NCBI GenBank assembly: GCA_013619155.1
Contig: JABXKT010000001.1
Coordinates: 12,661 to 76,660, forward strand
DNA length: 64,000 nucleotides
Direction: 5' to 3'
DNA from: Desulfobacteraceae bacterium
GTDB lineage: Bacteria > Desulfobacterota > Desulfobacteria > Desulfobacterales > Desulfolunaceae
Shown: positions 20,724 to 29,221 of the stretch, piece by piece
Position numbering within the stretch: position 1 is the first letter of the stretch
How the letters are laid out: every line of letters begins with the position of its first letter
Program-made: the position numbers and the translations under genes
Notes under the pieces: generated by a model
The model's database searches: none
The model's input: the letters and a program-made list of their open reading frames with translations, nothing else
Told to the model about the DNA's origin: nothing

Positions 20724-21707
20724 CTAGAACCCCTTCTCCATGGGCATTTGAAAATTTGCAGACCATTCATAAATGGATGCTTCATAATTTCGTACCTTAT
20801 CAAAGCCAACGGCCTTGAGGATCATGGCGGCAAAGCCAGATCGTATACCCATGGTTCAGTATAAAACAAAATCATCGGCGGGCGTAATACCCATGTACGC
20901 CATCAAACGCGTGATCTCTTCGGCCGATTTGGGTGTGCTATCCTCATTTAAGAGATCTGTCCACTCCAGCCACTGAGCACCCTTGATGTGCCCTCCACGG
21001 GCCTCACCGTGTGATGTATCCTCTCCTGTAAATTCTTTTTTACTCCTCACATCAAGGATCTTAAGAGTGCCCATGGTTTCAGAGACAAAGGCCATCGAAG
21101 CTCTCAAGGATTCATCATACTCTTTCAGCATGAGGCCGGTGGCCGGTATCGGCCGAAGAACCTCCTTGGAGAGTTCATACCCGGATCGTTTCCACAGCTC
21201 CAGCCCGCCCAAGAGAAGCCGAACCTTTTCGAGGCCGGCCACCTTCATCTGCCAAACGGCGCGTCCACATGCCCCGGGGCCTTTGAGGATATCCGAATAG
21301 ACCACGACAAATGCATCATCATCGACACCCAAAGATTCCAGTTTTTTTGTGAGCGCCTCTTTGTCTAAAAGGGTTCCCCAGTTGGGATCGCCAGGTTTAC
21401 CACTGCACCTCGAAAGGCCCTTAAATCCAATATTTATGGCACCGGGGATATGATTTTTTGCATAGACCCTGGGATGACTGCCATCCAATATAATGAGGTT
21501 CGCCTCATGCAACCGGCCATACAGCTCCGAAGGCGAGATAAAAATATCCGGGCCATATCTATATGCCGTCGTATCAGCCTGTGAATAGTGGCGAGGCTCA
21601 CTTTTCGTAAAGAGCCCCCGGTTCTCCGCCAAAACCACGCCTAAAAAGAGAGCGATAACGCCCCCTAAAAACAAACATATTTTTTTCTTCACCCGCTCCC
21701 CCCTCAT
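20724..21707 (-). CDS. Exported tandem-rhodanese sulfurtransferase, probable selenoprotein (Sec at UGA 20856-20858), 327 aa
   Basis: The ORF track stops at FVLY-TGA, but the frame continues TMGIRSGFAAMILKAVGFDKVRNYEASIYEWSANFQMPMEKGF-TAG(20724-20726). The UGA sits at the catalytic Cys of YCxxGxRS, and the C-terminal Y.GS..EW signature follows. Confidence 0.9.
20821..20855 (-). promoter_or_regulatory. Candidate bacterial SECIS element
   Basis: Immediately 3' of the UGA: ACCAUGGGUAUACGAUCUGGCUUUGCCGCCAUGAU. CAUGG/CCAUG and GGUA/UGCC pairings are possible, with a G-containing apical region (folded by eye). Confidence 0.5.
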
Positions 21708-22399
21708 GTTTGTGGTTGGCTCTTGGTAAAAATCGCCTTACCCCAGATCTTTTTCAGAAGGAGCATAAAAAAACCACCGGCAAAGAGGATAAGAAGCCCG
21801 AAAACCAGCTGCTTCACCCCTCCCGTCAGCATCTCTCCTGCGTAGGAGTATATGAGTGTAGCGGGCAGCTGCCCCAGCCCCGTGGCCCAGAAAAAAGAGG
21901 AAAAATGCATCGATGTAAGGCCAGCGGCATAGCTAACAATGTCAAAAGAGACGAAGGGAAGCAATCGGGCGATGAGGATGGCGTACGCGCCATAACGTTT
22001 AAAAAAACCATCCATATTGTTCAGGGCCAGTTTTGTGGCCAATTTTTCAGCCATATGCCGGCCAAAATAACGTGATATAAAAAAACAGAGCGAGGCGCCC
22101 GCCATGGCTCCCGACCATGAGAGAATGGCCCCTTTTACCCATCCAAACAGTGCCGCATTGGCAAAGGTGATTAAAAATGCTGGCAGGGGGGCGATCACCG
22201 ACTGAAAAAGCATGAGAAGAGTTGAGACAACGGGGGCCCATATCCCAAAGGAGAGAATATACCCTTTGATAAATTCCACATCGTAAAGCTGAAATAAGAA
22301 TATCAACTGCTCCATCGTATCTCGGATGGGTTTTACAAAGAGCCCCATACAAATAATCGAAAGTAAAACCAGCAACGCTTTGCATTTTCTTTTATTCAC
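21704..22399 (-). CDS. TVP38/TMEM64 (DedA/VTT) family membrane protein, YdjZ-like
   Basis: APLPAFLITFANA.LFG, RLLPFVSFD.VSYAAGLT and ATGLGQLPAT; its stop overlaps the rhodanese start (ATGA). Confidence 0.9.
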   Translation of the reverse strand: MNKRKCKALLVLLSIICMGLFVKPIRDTMEQLIFLFQLYDVEFIKGYILSFGIWAPVVSTLLMLFQSVIAPLPAFLITFANAALFGWVKGAILSWSGAMAGASLCFFISRYFGRHMAEKLATKLALNNMDGFFKRYGAYAILIARLLPFVSFDIVSYAAGLTSMHFSSFFWATGLGQLPATLIYSYAGEMLTGGVKQLVFGLLILFAGGFFMLLLKKIWGKAIFTKSQPQT

Positions 22400-22653
22400 T
22401 ATCGCCCCCTATTATGAGAATCCATGAATGGCTAATGACAGCCCCTGTGATAGAGGTAGATATACCACCATGTCAAACTCATAATATGAATGTAAAAAAA
22501 GCAAATGATTGGAATTATCTATCGCAAGCCGCCTTTAAATAAGGGCCATCTGAGCCCGAGAAAAAGGGGGCCTTGTCTCTCCGGGATCTCTTGCCGATGC
22601 CGGAGAGACAAGGCAGAGATCGGCCCATAAAAAAGACGCTGCATCTATTTTTT

Positions 22654-23073
22654 TTAAGAAGAGGTGTCGATGGGAGGGGAGGAGAGGACTATAAGAGAGG
22701 AGGGAGGGGGTGGCACAGAGGCCTCGCCTGCATACCAGGCATCCCGAAGGGTCTCAGCCCTCTTTTGAACCGAAGAGGTGACATAGGCGCTTATTTCAAC
22801 AATCACGGCCCCCATAAGTGACACATCATCGATGAACCCCACCCCGGGAAGGATATCTGGCACGGTATCCAGCGGGCAGATAAAATATCCCAGAACTCCG
22901 AGAATACTTGCCTTAACCCATACAGGAACTGTGCCATCCATCATAATGACATACAAGATAGCGGCCTTGTACCCCAGCTTTCTCTTCACATGACACGACA
23001 GATTCAAAAGCTTCGAGTGGAAACGATGGTCGCTGTAGTGCCCCGTATAAGAGAACAATTTTTCTTTATCCAT
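22654..23073 (-). CDS. YkvA/DUF1232 family protein
   Basis: LGYFICPLD.VPD.LPGVGFIDD. Confidence 0.85.
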   Translation of the reverse strand: MDKEKLFSYTGHYSDHRFHSKLLNLSCHVKRKLGYKAAILYVIMMDGTVPVWVKASILGVLGYFICPLDTVPDILPGVGFIDDVSLMGAVIVEISAYVTSSVQKRAETLRDAWYAGEASVPPPPSSLIVLSSPPIDTSS

Positions 23074-23310
23074 AACGCCTTTGCTCTATATAACCCACAG
23101 CGGATGAGACACTAAAGACCAAGCCTACGTGGAGTGACCCGGTGTCGCTATGATTATACATGGACACATAATAGGGTTCAAAAGCAGACGGTTCGGCCAA
23201 ACACTATGGGCCGGCGCCCCCCTCGCCACCATATCAAGAGAAGAGTAGATACGGTCAAAAAAACAAAAAAGCCCCAAGGCCAAAACCTTGAAGCTTATAT
23301 TTTATATGTA

Positions 23311-23387
23311 TGGTGCGCCTGGCAGGATTCGAACCTGCGGCCATCCGCTTAGAAGGCGGATGCTCTATCCAACTGAGCTACAGGCGC
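23311..23387 (-). tRNA. tRNA-Arg (UCU)
   Basis: Reverse complement GCGCCTGTAGCTCAGTTGGATAGAGCATCCGCCT-TCT-AAGCGGATGGCCGCAGGTTCGAATCCTGCCAGGCGCACCA; cloverleaf with encoded CCA. Confidence 0.97.
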
Positions 23388-23823
23388 ATTAGTTGATGCG
23401 AGAAGGTTTTTAGCAGACGGTATTTGGTTTGTCCACATAAAAAAAAGAATGGGTGAAAAAAAGATGAAAAGCGCCCTCTTTCGGCCTCCCCCTCCCAAAA
23501 GAAAGGTACCTTGAGAGATCATTTTCTACCCAAAGCCATGGGATATACGGGGCGGAAATAAATTAAGCGTGCAAGCGATAGAAATCATGGGGACTTAAGT
23601 GAGGGCTCTCTTTCCACGCTTTGCAATTCAACGGACTATGGTATATCCCTCAGTAGGGCCGTGGTCCTTTCACCCACTCATCAGTTCATGATATATTATA
23701 GAAAGGGCCGTATGGCACGTACCTTCCCCGGAGACGGACGTTCTTTAAGGAGAAGGCCCCATCATCATGAAACGTTTCATCGTGGGGGACCATATATTTA
23801 TCACTTTATTTTTTTAATAAAGC

Positions 23824-24879
23824 GTGGATATGACCATTAAAAACAAAGACAACAACAACGTTTCGAAAACGTACAATCGAGACGCTGCACAAAGAGATGA
23901 TATGACCTCTGAACCCGTTGTTCCCGTAAAGCCTTCAAAAAAGAAGGCCCCGAAAAAAAAAGCAGCTCCGAAAAAAAAATCGGCCCTCCCGGCCACCAAG
24001 GCCTCCAGCAGTAGTGCCGTCACTAAATTTGACCCACTTCAAAGCTACCTCTCCGAGATCAGCCGCTACCGGCTGCTCACCCGGGACGAGGAGATCGAGT
24101 TGGGCATACGGATTCAGGAACAGGAAGACCCAGACGCCGCCTATGAACTGGTCACCGCAAACCTTCGCCTGGTGGTCAAAATTGCCCTGGATTTCCAACG
24201 TGTATGGATGCAGAACCTCCTGGACCTGATTCAAGAGGGAAACATCGGCCTCATGCAGGCCGTCAGAAAATTTGACCCTTACAAAAACGTTAAATTCTCC
24301 TACTACGCCTCCTTCTGGATCAAGGCATACATCTTAAAGTTCATCATGGATAACTGGCGCCTGGTAAAAATAGGGACCACCCAGGGACAGAGAAAACTCT
24401 TTTTTAAACTAAAAAAGGAGAAACAAAAACTCATCGAGCAAGGATTTGATCCCAAGCCCAAACTTCTGGCCGAAAGGCTCGGCGTATCTCAAAAAGAGAT
24501 CGTTGACATGGACCAGCGTCTCGATGGCTGGGATGTCTCCCTCGATGCGCCGCTCAAAGAGGATTCCGATACCGAACGCATCGAGTTTTTAAACTCTAAC
24601 TCCGTCTCGGCAGAGGATCAAGTGGCACGAAAGGAGCTGGAGGCACTGCTCCACAACAAGGTAGAAACATTTAAAAAAGAGCTATCCGAAAGGGAGCTGG
24701 AGATCTTCACCTCTCGAATATTTTCGGAAGACCCCCTCACCCTCCAGGAGATCGGTGCAAAATACAACATCTCCCGGGAACGTGTCCGACAGATCGAAAA
24801 AAATATTACCCGACGCATGAAAGACTTCTTTCAAAATGAGCTTCCCGATTTTCATCTATACACCGATGAATCCAAATAA
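23824..24879 (+). CDS. rpoH: RNA polymerase sigma-32 (RpoH)-family factor
   Basis: ANLRLVVKIA, DLIQEGNIGLM, RpoH-box-like TTQGQRKLFFKL and region 4 TLQEIG...ISRERVRQIE. Confidence 0.85.
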   Translation: MDMTIKNKDNNNVSKTYNRDAAQRDDMTSEPVVPVKPSKKKAPKKKAAPKKKSALPATKASSSSAVTKFDPLQSYLSEISRYRLLTRDEEIELGIRIQEQEDPDAAYELVTANLRLVVKIALDFQRVWMQNLLDLIQEGNIGLMQAVRKFDPYKNVKFSYYASFWIKAYILKFIMDNWRLVKIGTTQGQRKLFFKLKKEKQKLIEQGFDPKPKLLAERLGVSQKEIVDMDQRLDGWDVSLDAPLKEDSDTERIEFLNSNSVSAEDQVARKELEALLHNKVETFKKELSERELEIFTSRIFSEDPLTLQEIGAKYNISRERVRQIEKNITRRMKDFFQNELPDFHLYTDESK

Positions 24880-24902
24880 TTCCCTTCCGCACAAACGATG
24901 GG

Positions 24903-26660
24903 ATGGACCTTATGACATATCTTGCACCCACGTCCCACCGGCTTCTCAAGGGGTTTGCCACCCTTTTCGCCCTGCTTATACTGCCTCTGGCCTTGGCAGG
25001 ATGCGCAACCTCGGCCAAAGGGCCAGAGGTCCCTTCGGTGACCCGTGCCATCCCGTCGAGCGATGATACCCCCGAGACATGGTCCGGCTATCGCCTCTAT
25101 CTAGAGGCGATGCTGGCACGCAACGCCGAAGACTTTTCCACGGCGGCGGTTTATCTCGAAGCGGCATCCAAAAAAGACCCCGCCTCCCTCGTGATCAAAC
25201 GGGAACTGGCCGTCGTATACCTGCTCTCTAAAAAGAGAGACAAGGCCCTTTCGGTGCTCACCACCATCCTTGAGACCACGCCCAACGACACCGACTCCCT
25301 CCTGCTTCTCGTGCGTATCCGTCTCTCCGAGAGAAAAGCCCGGGAAGCCGAAGCGCTTTTAGAAACGATCATTGACACCGACCCCATGCGGGAAGAGGCC
25401 TACTACCGCCTGGGTCTCCTTCAATCCTCCACCGGAAGAAGGGACAGAGCCCTTAACACTTACTTAAAACTCTTAAAGGCATACCCTTACGCCTATGCAG
25501 GCTACTACTATGCGGCCTCGATCTATAAGGAGAGAGGAGATCTCCATGAGGCCATCCCTCTCCTGGAGAAGAGCCTCACCATTGCCCCGGAGTTCACCGA
25601 AGCCCGTCTGGAACTGGCCGATATTTACACCCATCAACAAAAATTCGAAGATGCCAGAGCAGAGTATAAGAGGATACTGACCCAGACACCAGACAACCTC
25701 CCCGCTCAGTTTGGCATGGCGCTTCTCCACCATAGGGCGAAAGAGACGGACGAGACAAAAAAAATATTGCATGATATCACCCCGCTTAAAAAACCATGGG
25801 CAGAGATCTATGAACTCATCAGCCGCCTCTATATTGACCGTAAAAAATATAGCGAGGCCCATACACTCCTCACCGGTATCATGGGCCCCTACGAGGCGGA
25901 GTCTGAGTTCAACTATATCCTCGGGTTTGTCTGTGAAAAACTCGACGATTCGACAGAGGCCATCCACTGTTTCAAGAAAATACGCCCCGACTCCGACTAT
26001 TATGAACGGGCCATCCTCTTTGTCGGAGCCCAACTCTGGGAACAGGGCCACCAGAAGAAGGCGGTCCTCACCCTCGAGAACGCCCTCGAGAAGCGCCCAG
26101 AAAGCCTGGACATCCTTAGCTATCTGGCCTCATTCCACGAAGAGATGGGGCTCTTTGAAAAAGCGGAAGGATTCCTTCGGCAAGGGGTCGCACTCAATGG
26201 CATGGACCCCAGCCTCTACTTTCGTCTCGGTGTTCTCTACGATAAATGGGGAAAGAACAAGGCCTCGGTTCGTGCCATGAAAAAAGTGCTAAAATTAGAT
26301 CCCGATAACCCCAATGCGTTAAACTATCTGGGTTACAGCTACGCACGTGAAGGTATCCACTTAGATGAAGCCGAGCGCCTCATCAAAAGAGCCATGAAAC
26401 ACAGACCCGACGACGGCTATATCACCGACTCCCTGGGATGGGTCTACTACCAAAAGGGACAATTTACCAAAGCCGTGGTCACTCTACGTGAGGCGGTACG
26501 CCTCCTACCAGAAGATCCCATGGTCTTAGAGCATTTAGCCGATGCCCTGGCCCAGGACAAGCAGCCCCGCAAAGCCGTAGACGCCTACAAAAAATCGCTA
26601 CGCCTCGGCCATGAAGAGGCCCCGGCCCTTGAGGAAAAAATACGGCGTTTACAAAAATGA
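24903..26660 (+). CDS. TPR-repeat lipoprotein
   Basis: LAGC lipobox; many TPRs; ALNYLGYS and YITDSLGWVYY; upstream of a LolB-like gene. Confidence 0.88.
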   Translation: MDLMTYLAPTSHRLLKGFATLFALLILPLALAGCATSAKGPEVPSVTRAIPSSDDTPETWSGYRLYLEAMLARNAEDFSTAAVYLEAASKKDPASLVIKRELAVVYLLSKKRDKALSVLTTILETTPNDTDSLLLLVRIRLSERKAREAEALLETIIDTDPMREEAYYRLGLLQSSTGRRDRALNTYLKLLKAYPYAYAGYYYAASIYKERGDLHEAIPLLEKSLTIAPEFTEARLELADIYTHQQKFEDARAEYKRILTQTPDNLPAQFGMALLHHRAKETDETKKILHDITPLKKPWAEIYELISRLYIDRKKYSEAHTLLTGIMGPYEAESEFNYILGFVCEKLDDSTEAIHCFKKIRPDSDYYERAILFVGAQLWEQGHQKKAVLTLENALEKRPESLDILSYLASFHEEMGLFEKAEGFLRQGVALNGMDPSLYFRLGVLYDKWGKNKASVRAMKKVLKLDPDNPNALNYLGYSYAREGIHLDEAERLIKRAMKHRPDDGYITDSLGWVYYQKGQFTKAVVTLREAVRLLPEDPMVLEHLADALAQDKQPRKAVDAYKKSLRLGHEEAPALEEKIRRLQK

Positions 26661-26781
26661 GGAGTGATCGCCCATTCACCGAAATATTTAATTGTTCCAA
26701 TGACCCCAATGGTGCGATGGCGTACTGACCCAATGGGCTCGCTTAAAAAATAGGGCCATCACGTTAATTTTCATCCCAGCC

Positions 26782-26925
26782 TTAGGGCTCTGGCAAAAAA
26801 CAGATAAACAGATTTTTATCTGTGACCATGACGCGCCTTTTGCCCGTCATGGTCACATACCTGGGGGCCCTGCCCCTAACCGCCGGAGGCTGGCTTTTTG
26901 TCTGTTTTATTTTCGCCCGGCCCTA
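26782..26925. mobile_element. MITE-like element (end type A) carrying a long palindrome
   Basis: TTA|GGGCTCTGGCAAAAAA ... TTTTATTTTCGCCCGGCCC|TA; contains GTGACCATGACG-..-CGTCATGGTCAC. Confidence 0.7.
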
Positions 26926-27006
26926 CCCGCTTCATGGGCGGCGCCCTCCTTGAAAACGGGCCCGCTGCCTTTTTTACACCGACCCCAACCCGAGAGACTC
27001 GTTCCC

Positions 27007-27735
27007 ATGCCACGCCCCTTACGCCTACTTATCGTTTTATGCATCATACCACTCTTTACCGCCTGTTCCCTGATGACTCCCACCCCCCGTTTTCAACCCG
27101 ACGGTACCCAAGAACAGCTTGAACGCCTCTCCCACCTCAACGAGACAGTCACCCATTTTAAAGGCACCGCCTCGGTAGTGATCGTGGAAAAAGGGAGCAC
27201 CCAGCGATTTCGCATCGCCTGGGCCGGGGCCCCGCCTGCCCAGCTTCGCATGGAGATTCTCGCATCAGGCCTCCCCACAGAGAGCCTTGCCTATGACGGC
27301 AAACGCCTCCAGCTGCGTTCCCATATGGGAAGCCATCCCCCCTACACTAAAAAGGCCGTGAACCCCTCCTTAGGGCCCACCACGGGCATCCCCCTCACCC
27401 TCCTCGACATCCACGCCCTGCTCTCCGGAAAATTTTTTACAGGGACCTTTAAAAGCGCCCGAAGGTTCGGTGACGCCCTGATCCTTCAGCCCACACGAAA
27501 CCACAGAAAAACCATCCGCCTCGATGAAGCGGGTATACCCACCCGGGTCACCCTCACCAAAAAAAATAAGACAATCTACGATCTAAGTCTCACCCGACAT
27601 CCCATGGCCAAAGGGATCAACCAATTCAAAACCATCCGCCTGACCACCGCCCAGGGGATCGAAACCACCATCCGTATCGACCGCATGGTCGTAAATCCGC
27701 CCATAGACAGTAAAATATTCACCCTTGGTCCATAA
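27007..27735 (+). CDS. Outer-membrane lipoprotein, LolB/DUF4292-like
   Basis: FTAC lipobox, LolA/LolB-like strand pattern, terminal N.PI....F; follows the TPR gene. Confidence 0.6.
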   Translation: MPRPLRLLIVLCIIPLFTACSLMTPTPRFQPDGTQEQLERLSHLNETVTHFKGTASVVIVEKGSTQRFRIAWAGAPPAQLRMEILASGLPTESLAYDGKRLQLRSHMGSHPPYTKKAVNPSLGPTTGIPLTLLDIHALLSGKFFTGTFKSARRFGDALILQPTRNHRKTIRLDEAGIPTRVTLTKKNKTIYDLSLTRHPMAKGINQFKTIRLTTAQGIETTIRIDRMVVNPPIDSKIFTLGP

Positions 27736-27740
27736 AACCT

Positions 27741-28198
27741 GTGCCTCGGTTGGCCCTGCCAGGGGCCACCCTTTTGCCTTATTTTATAAAAGCCTGGGGT
27801 CCAGGGGATTTATTCCCTGGCCGGGGCTGTCGATTTAAGTGCCGGAGTAAAAATAAAAGATACAAAAAGCGATGCCTCGGTTGGCGAGGGTGGCGAAGCC
27901 ACATGAGGCAAAAACACCTCGAAAGCGGGTGACCGCTGCGCCTTGCCCCGCTCCTCGGGACAAACCACAGCGCTATTCTTATGAGATTCGGATGCTTATT
28001 TTTTGTCAAAGCCCTAAGTAATTCAGGTGGGTAGGACCCGCCGTATCTCTAATTTTTGTAAATAGTGACGGCCATATATTTTGGAGTGCAAACGGCTAAA
28101 ATAGACGTTTTTCCGATTAAATCGACACGCCTGGCCGCCGGAGGCTGGCGCTTTTCACGCCCACGTTAGCCATAGAAGACCGCGCTAAAATAGTAACG
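27741..28198. repeat. Nested composite repeat: REP interrupted by a type-B element (27823-28132) that contains a type-A element (27839-28014)
   Basis: GGCC|GGGGCTGTCGATTTAA ... TTAAATCGACACGCCT|GGCC; inner TAA|GTGCCGGAGTAAAAATAAA ... TTTTTTGTCAAAGCCC|TAA. Confidence 0.88.
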
Positions 28199-28205
28199 AC
28201 CCCAC

Positions 28206-28243
28206 AAAAAAAGGCGCGACTCTTTCGAGTCGCGCCTTTTTTT
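28206..28243. terminator. Bidirectional intrinsic terminator
   Basis: AAAAAAAGGCGCGACTC-TTTC-GAGTCGCGCCTTTTTT between convergent genes. Confidence 0.85.
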
Positions 28244-28318
28244 GTACAATCCATTCGTAAACCGAGCCCTCTTTTTTTAAAAAGAGGAAGGGGGGGGGGC
28301 ATCCGTCTCACATTAGAA

Positions 28319-29041
28319 TCAGGAGTCGATAATATTTTTCAAGGTCTCAATATCGAGAAGAGCCTTCTCTATGGAGACCTGTTCCCAGCCCTCATCACGA
28401 ATACGGGTGATCTCTTCGATGAGCTTCCCAAGGGCCTTACTGTAACGGGCACCACACGCCAGAGAGGAGGTGGTACGGCCTTTCAGCTCCCCGCTCTCCC
28501 GTCGCATATCCTGCATCTCATTGAAGGCCTGGTTGATGGATTTATCGCCCGTTTCCACCGCCTCACGCAGGGTGTCATCGGCATGCTCCATGACCTTACG
28601 CGCCTTATCGATCTTACTTTCGCTGGTGCCGAGTTCACTGGCCCGCTCTTTGATCTGCTCCCGACGGGTACGCTTGCCTCCGTCTCGGCCTTCATCGATG
28701 GTATCCAGGAGCTGAAGACACCGCAAAATATCCTCATCGGCCAGGTTCCGGCGATCTCTCTGAAGATGAAAGGCGTAGAGAATCGCATCATCTTCATCCT
28801 CGAAGTGCCGGACGAGTACCGGAACCCTCTCGATCCCTACGGCCAGAGCCGCCGTAAAGCGAGTGTGCCCATCCACGACGATGCCCGTCTCTTCCCAAAC
28901 GATAATGGGAAAGGCGTCGTCGTATCCGTTGGACTCCATATCCATCCGGATTCCTGCAAGGGTATCGTCCCCCACGGGAAAAAGGGTTGAAAAGGGCGCT
29001 TCCACCTTAAGATCGGTGATGGACATAATGCGAGTATTCAT
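28319..29041 (-). CDS. ParB/Srx N-terminal domain protein
   Basis: PIIVW....IVVDGHTRF.AA and RRNL, followed by an HTH-like region. Confidence 0.8.
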   Translation of the reverse strand: MNTRIMSITDLKVEAPFSTLFPVGDDTLAGIRMDMESNGYDDAFPIIVWEETGIVVDGHTRFTAALAVGIERVPVLVRHFEDEDDAILYAFHLQRDRRNLADEDILRCLQLLDTIDEGRDGGKRTRREQIKERASELGTSESKIDKARKVMEHADDTLREAVETGDKSINQAFNEMQDMRRESGELKGRTTSSLACGARYSKALGKLIEEITRIRDEGWEQVSIEKALLDIETLKNIIDS

Positions 29042-29221
29042 TCTCTTTCTCTCTCCCCTTTAAGACGCCCCGCCACCATTTTATCTCCACGGGGTGTGAG
29101 ACGCTCTCAAGGTATCTTTGGCCCCTTCCACGCATGGCGAAAGGGGGCGGCAGATTCAAATAGTGTATACCAAATGTCAGCCGTAAAAAATCCCCCAGCC
29201 CAGGGCCGGAGGCATCCACCC

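Noticed and set aside
20856-21707. Rhodanese as a 283-aa truncated gene or pseudogene
   Set aside because: The stop lies on the catalytic codon and the downstream frame keeps family motifs, so Sec recoding fits better.
22654-23387. tRNA-Arg as the integration site of an island
   Set aside because: No integrase and no duplicated tRNA 3' end seen in the window.
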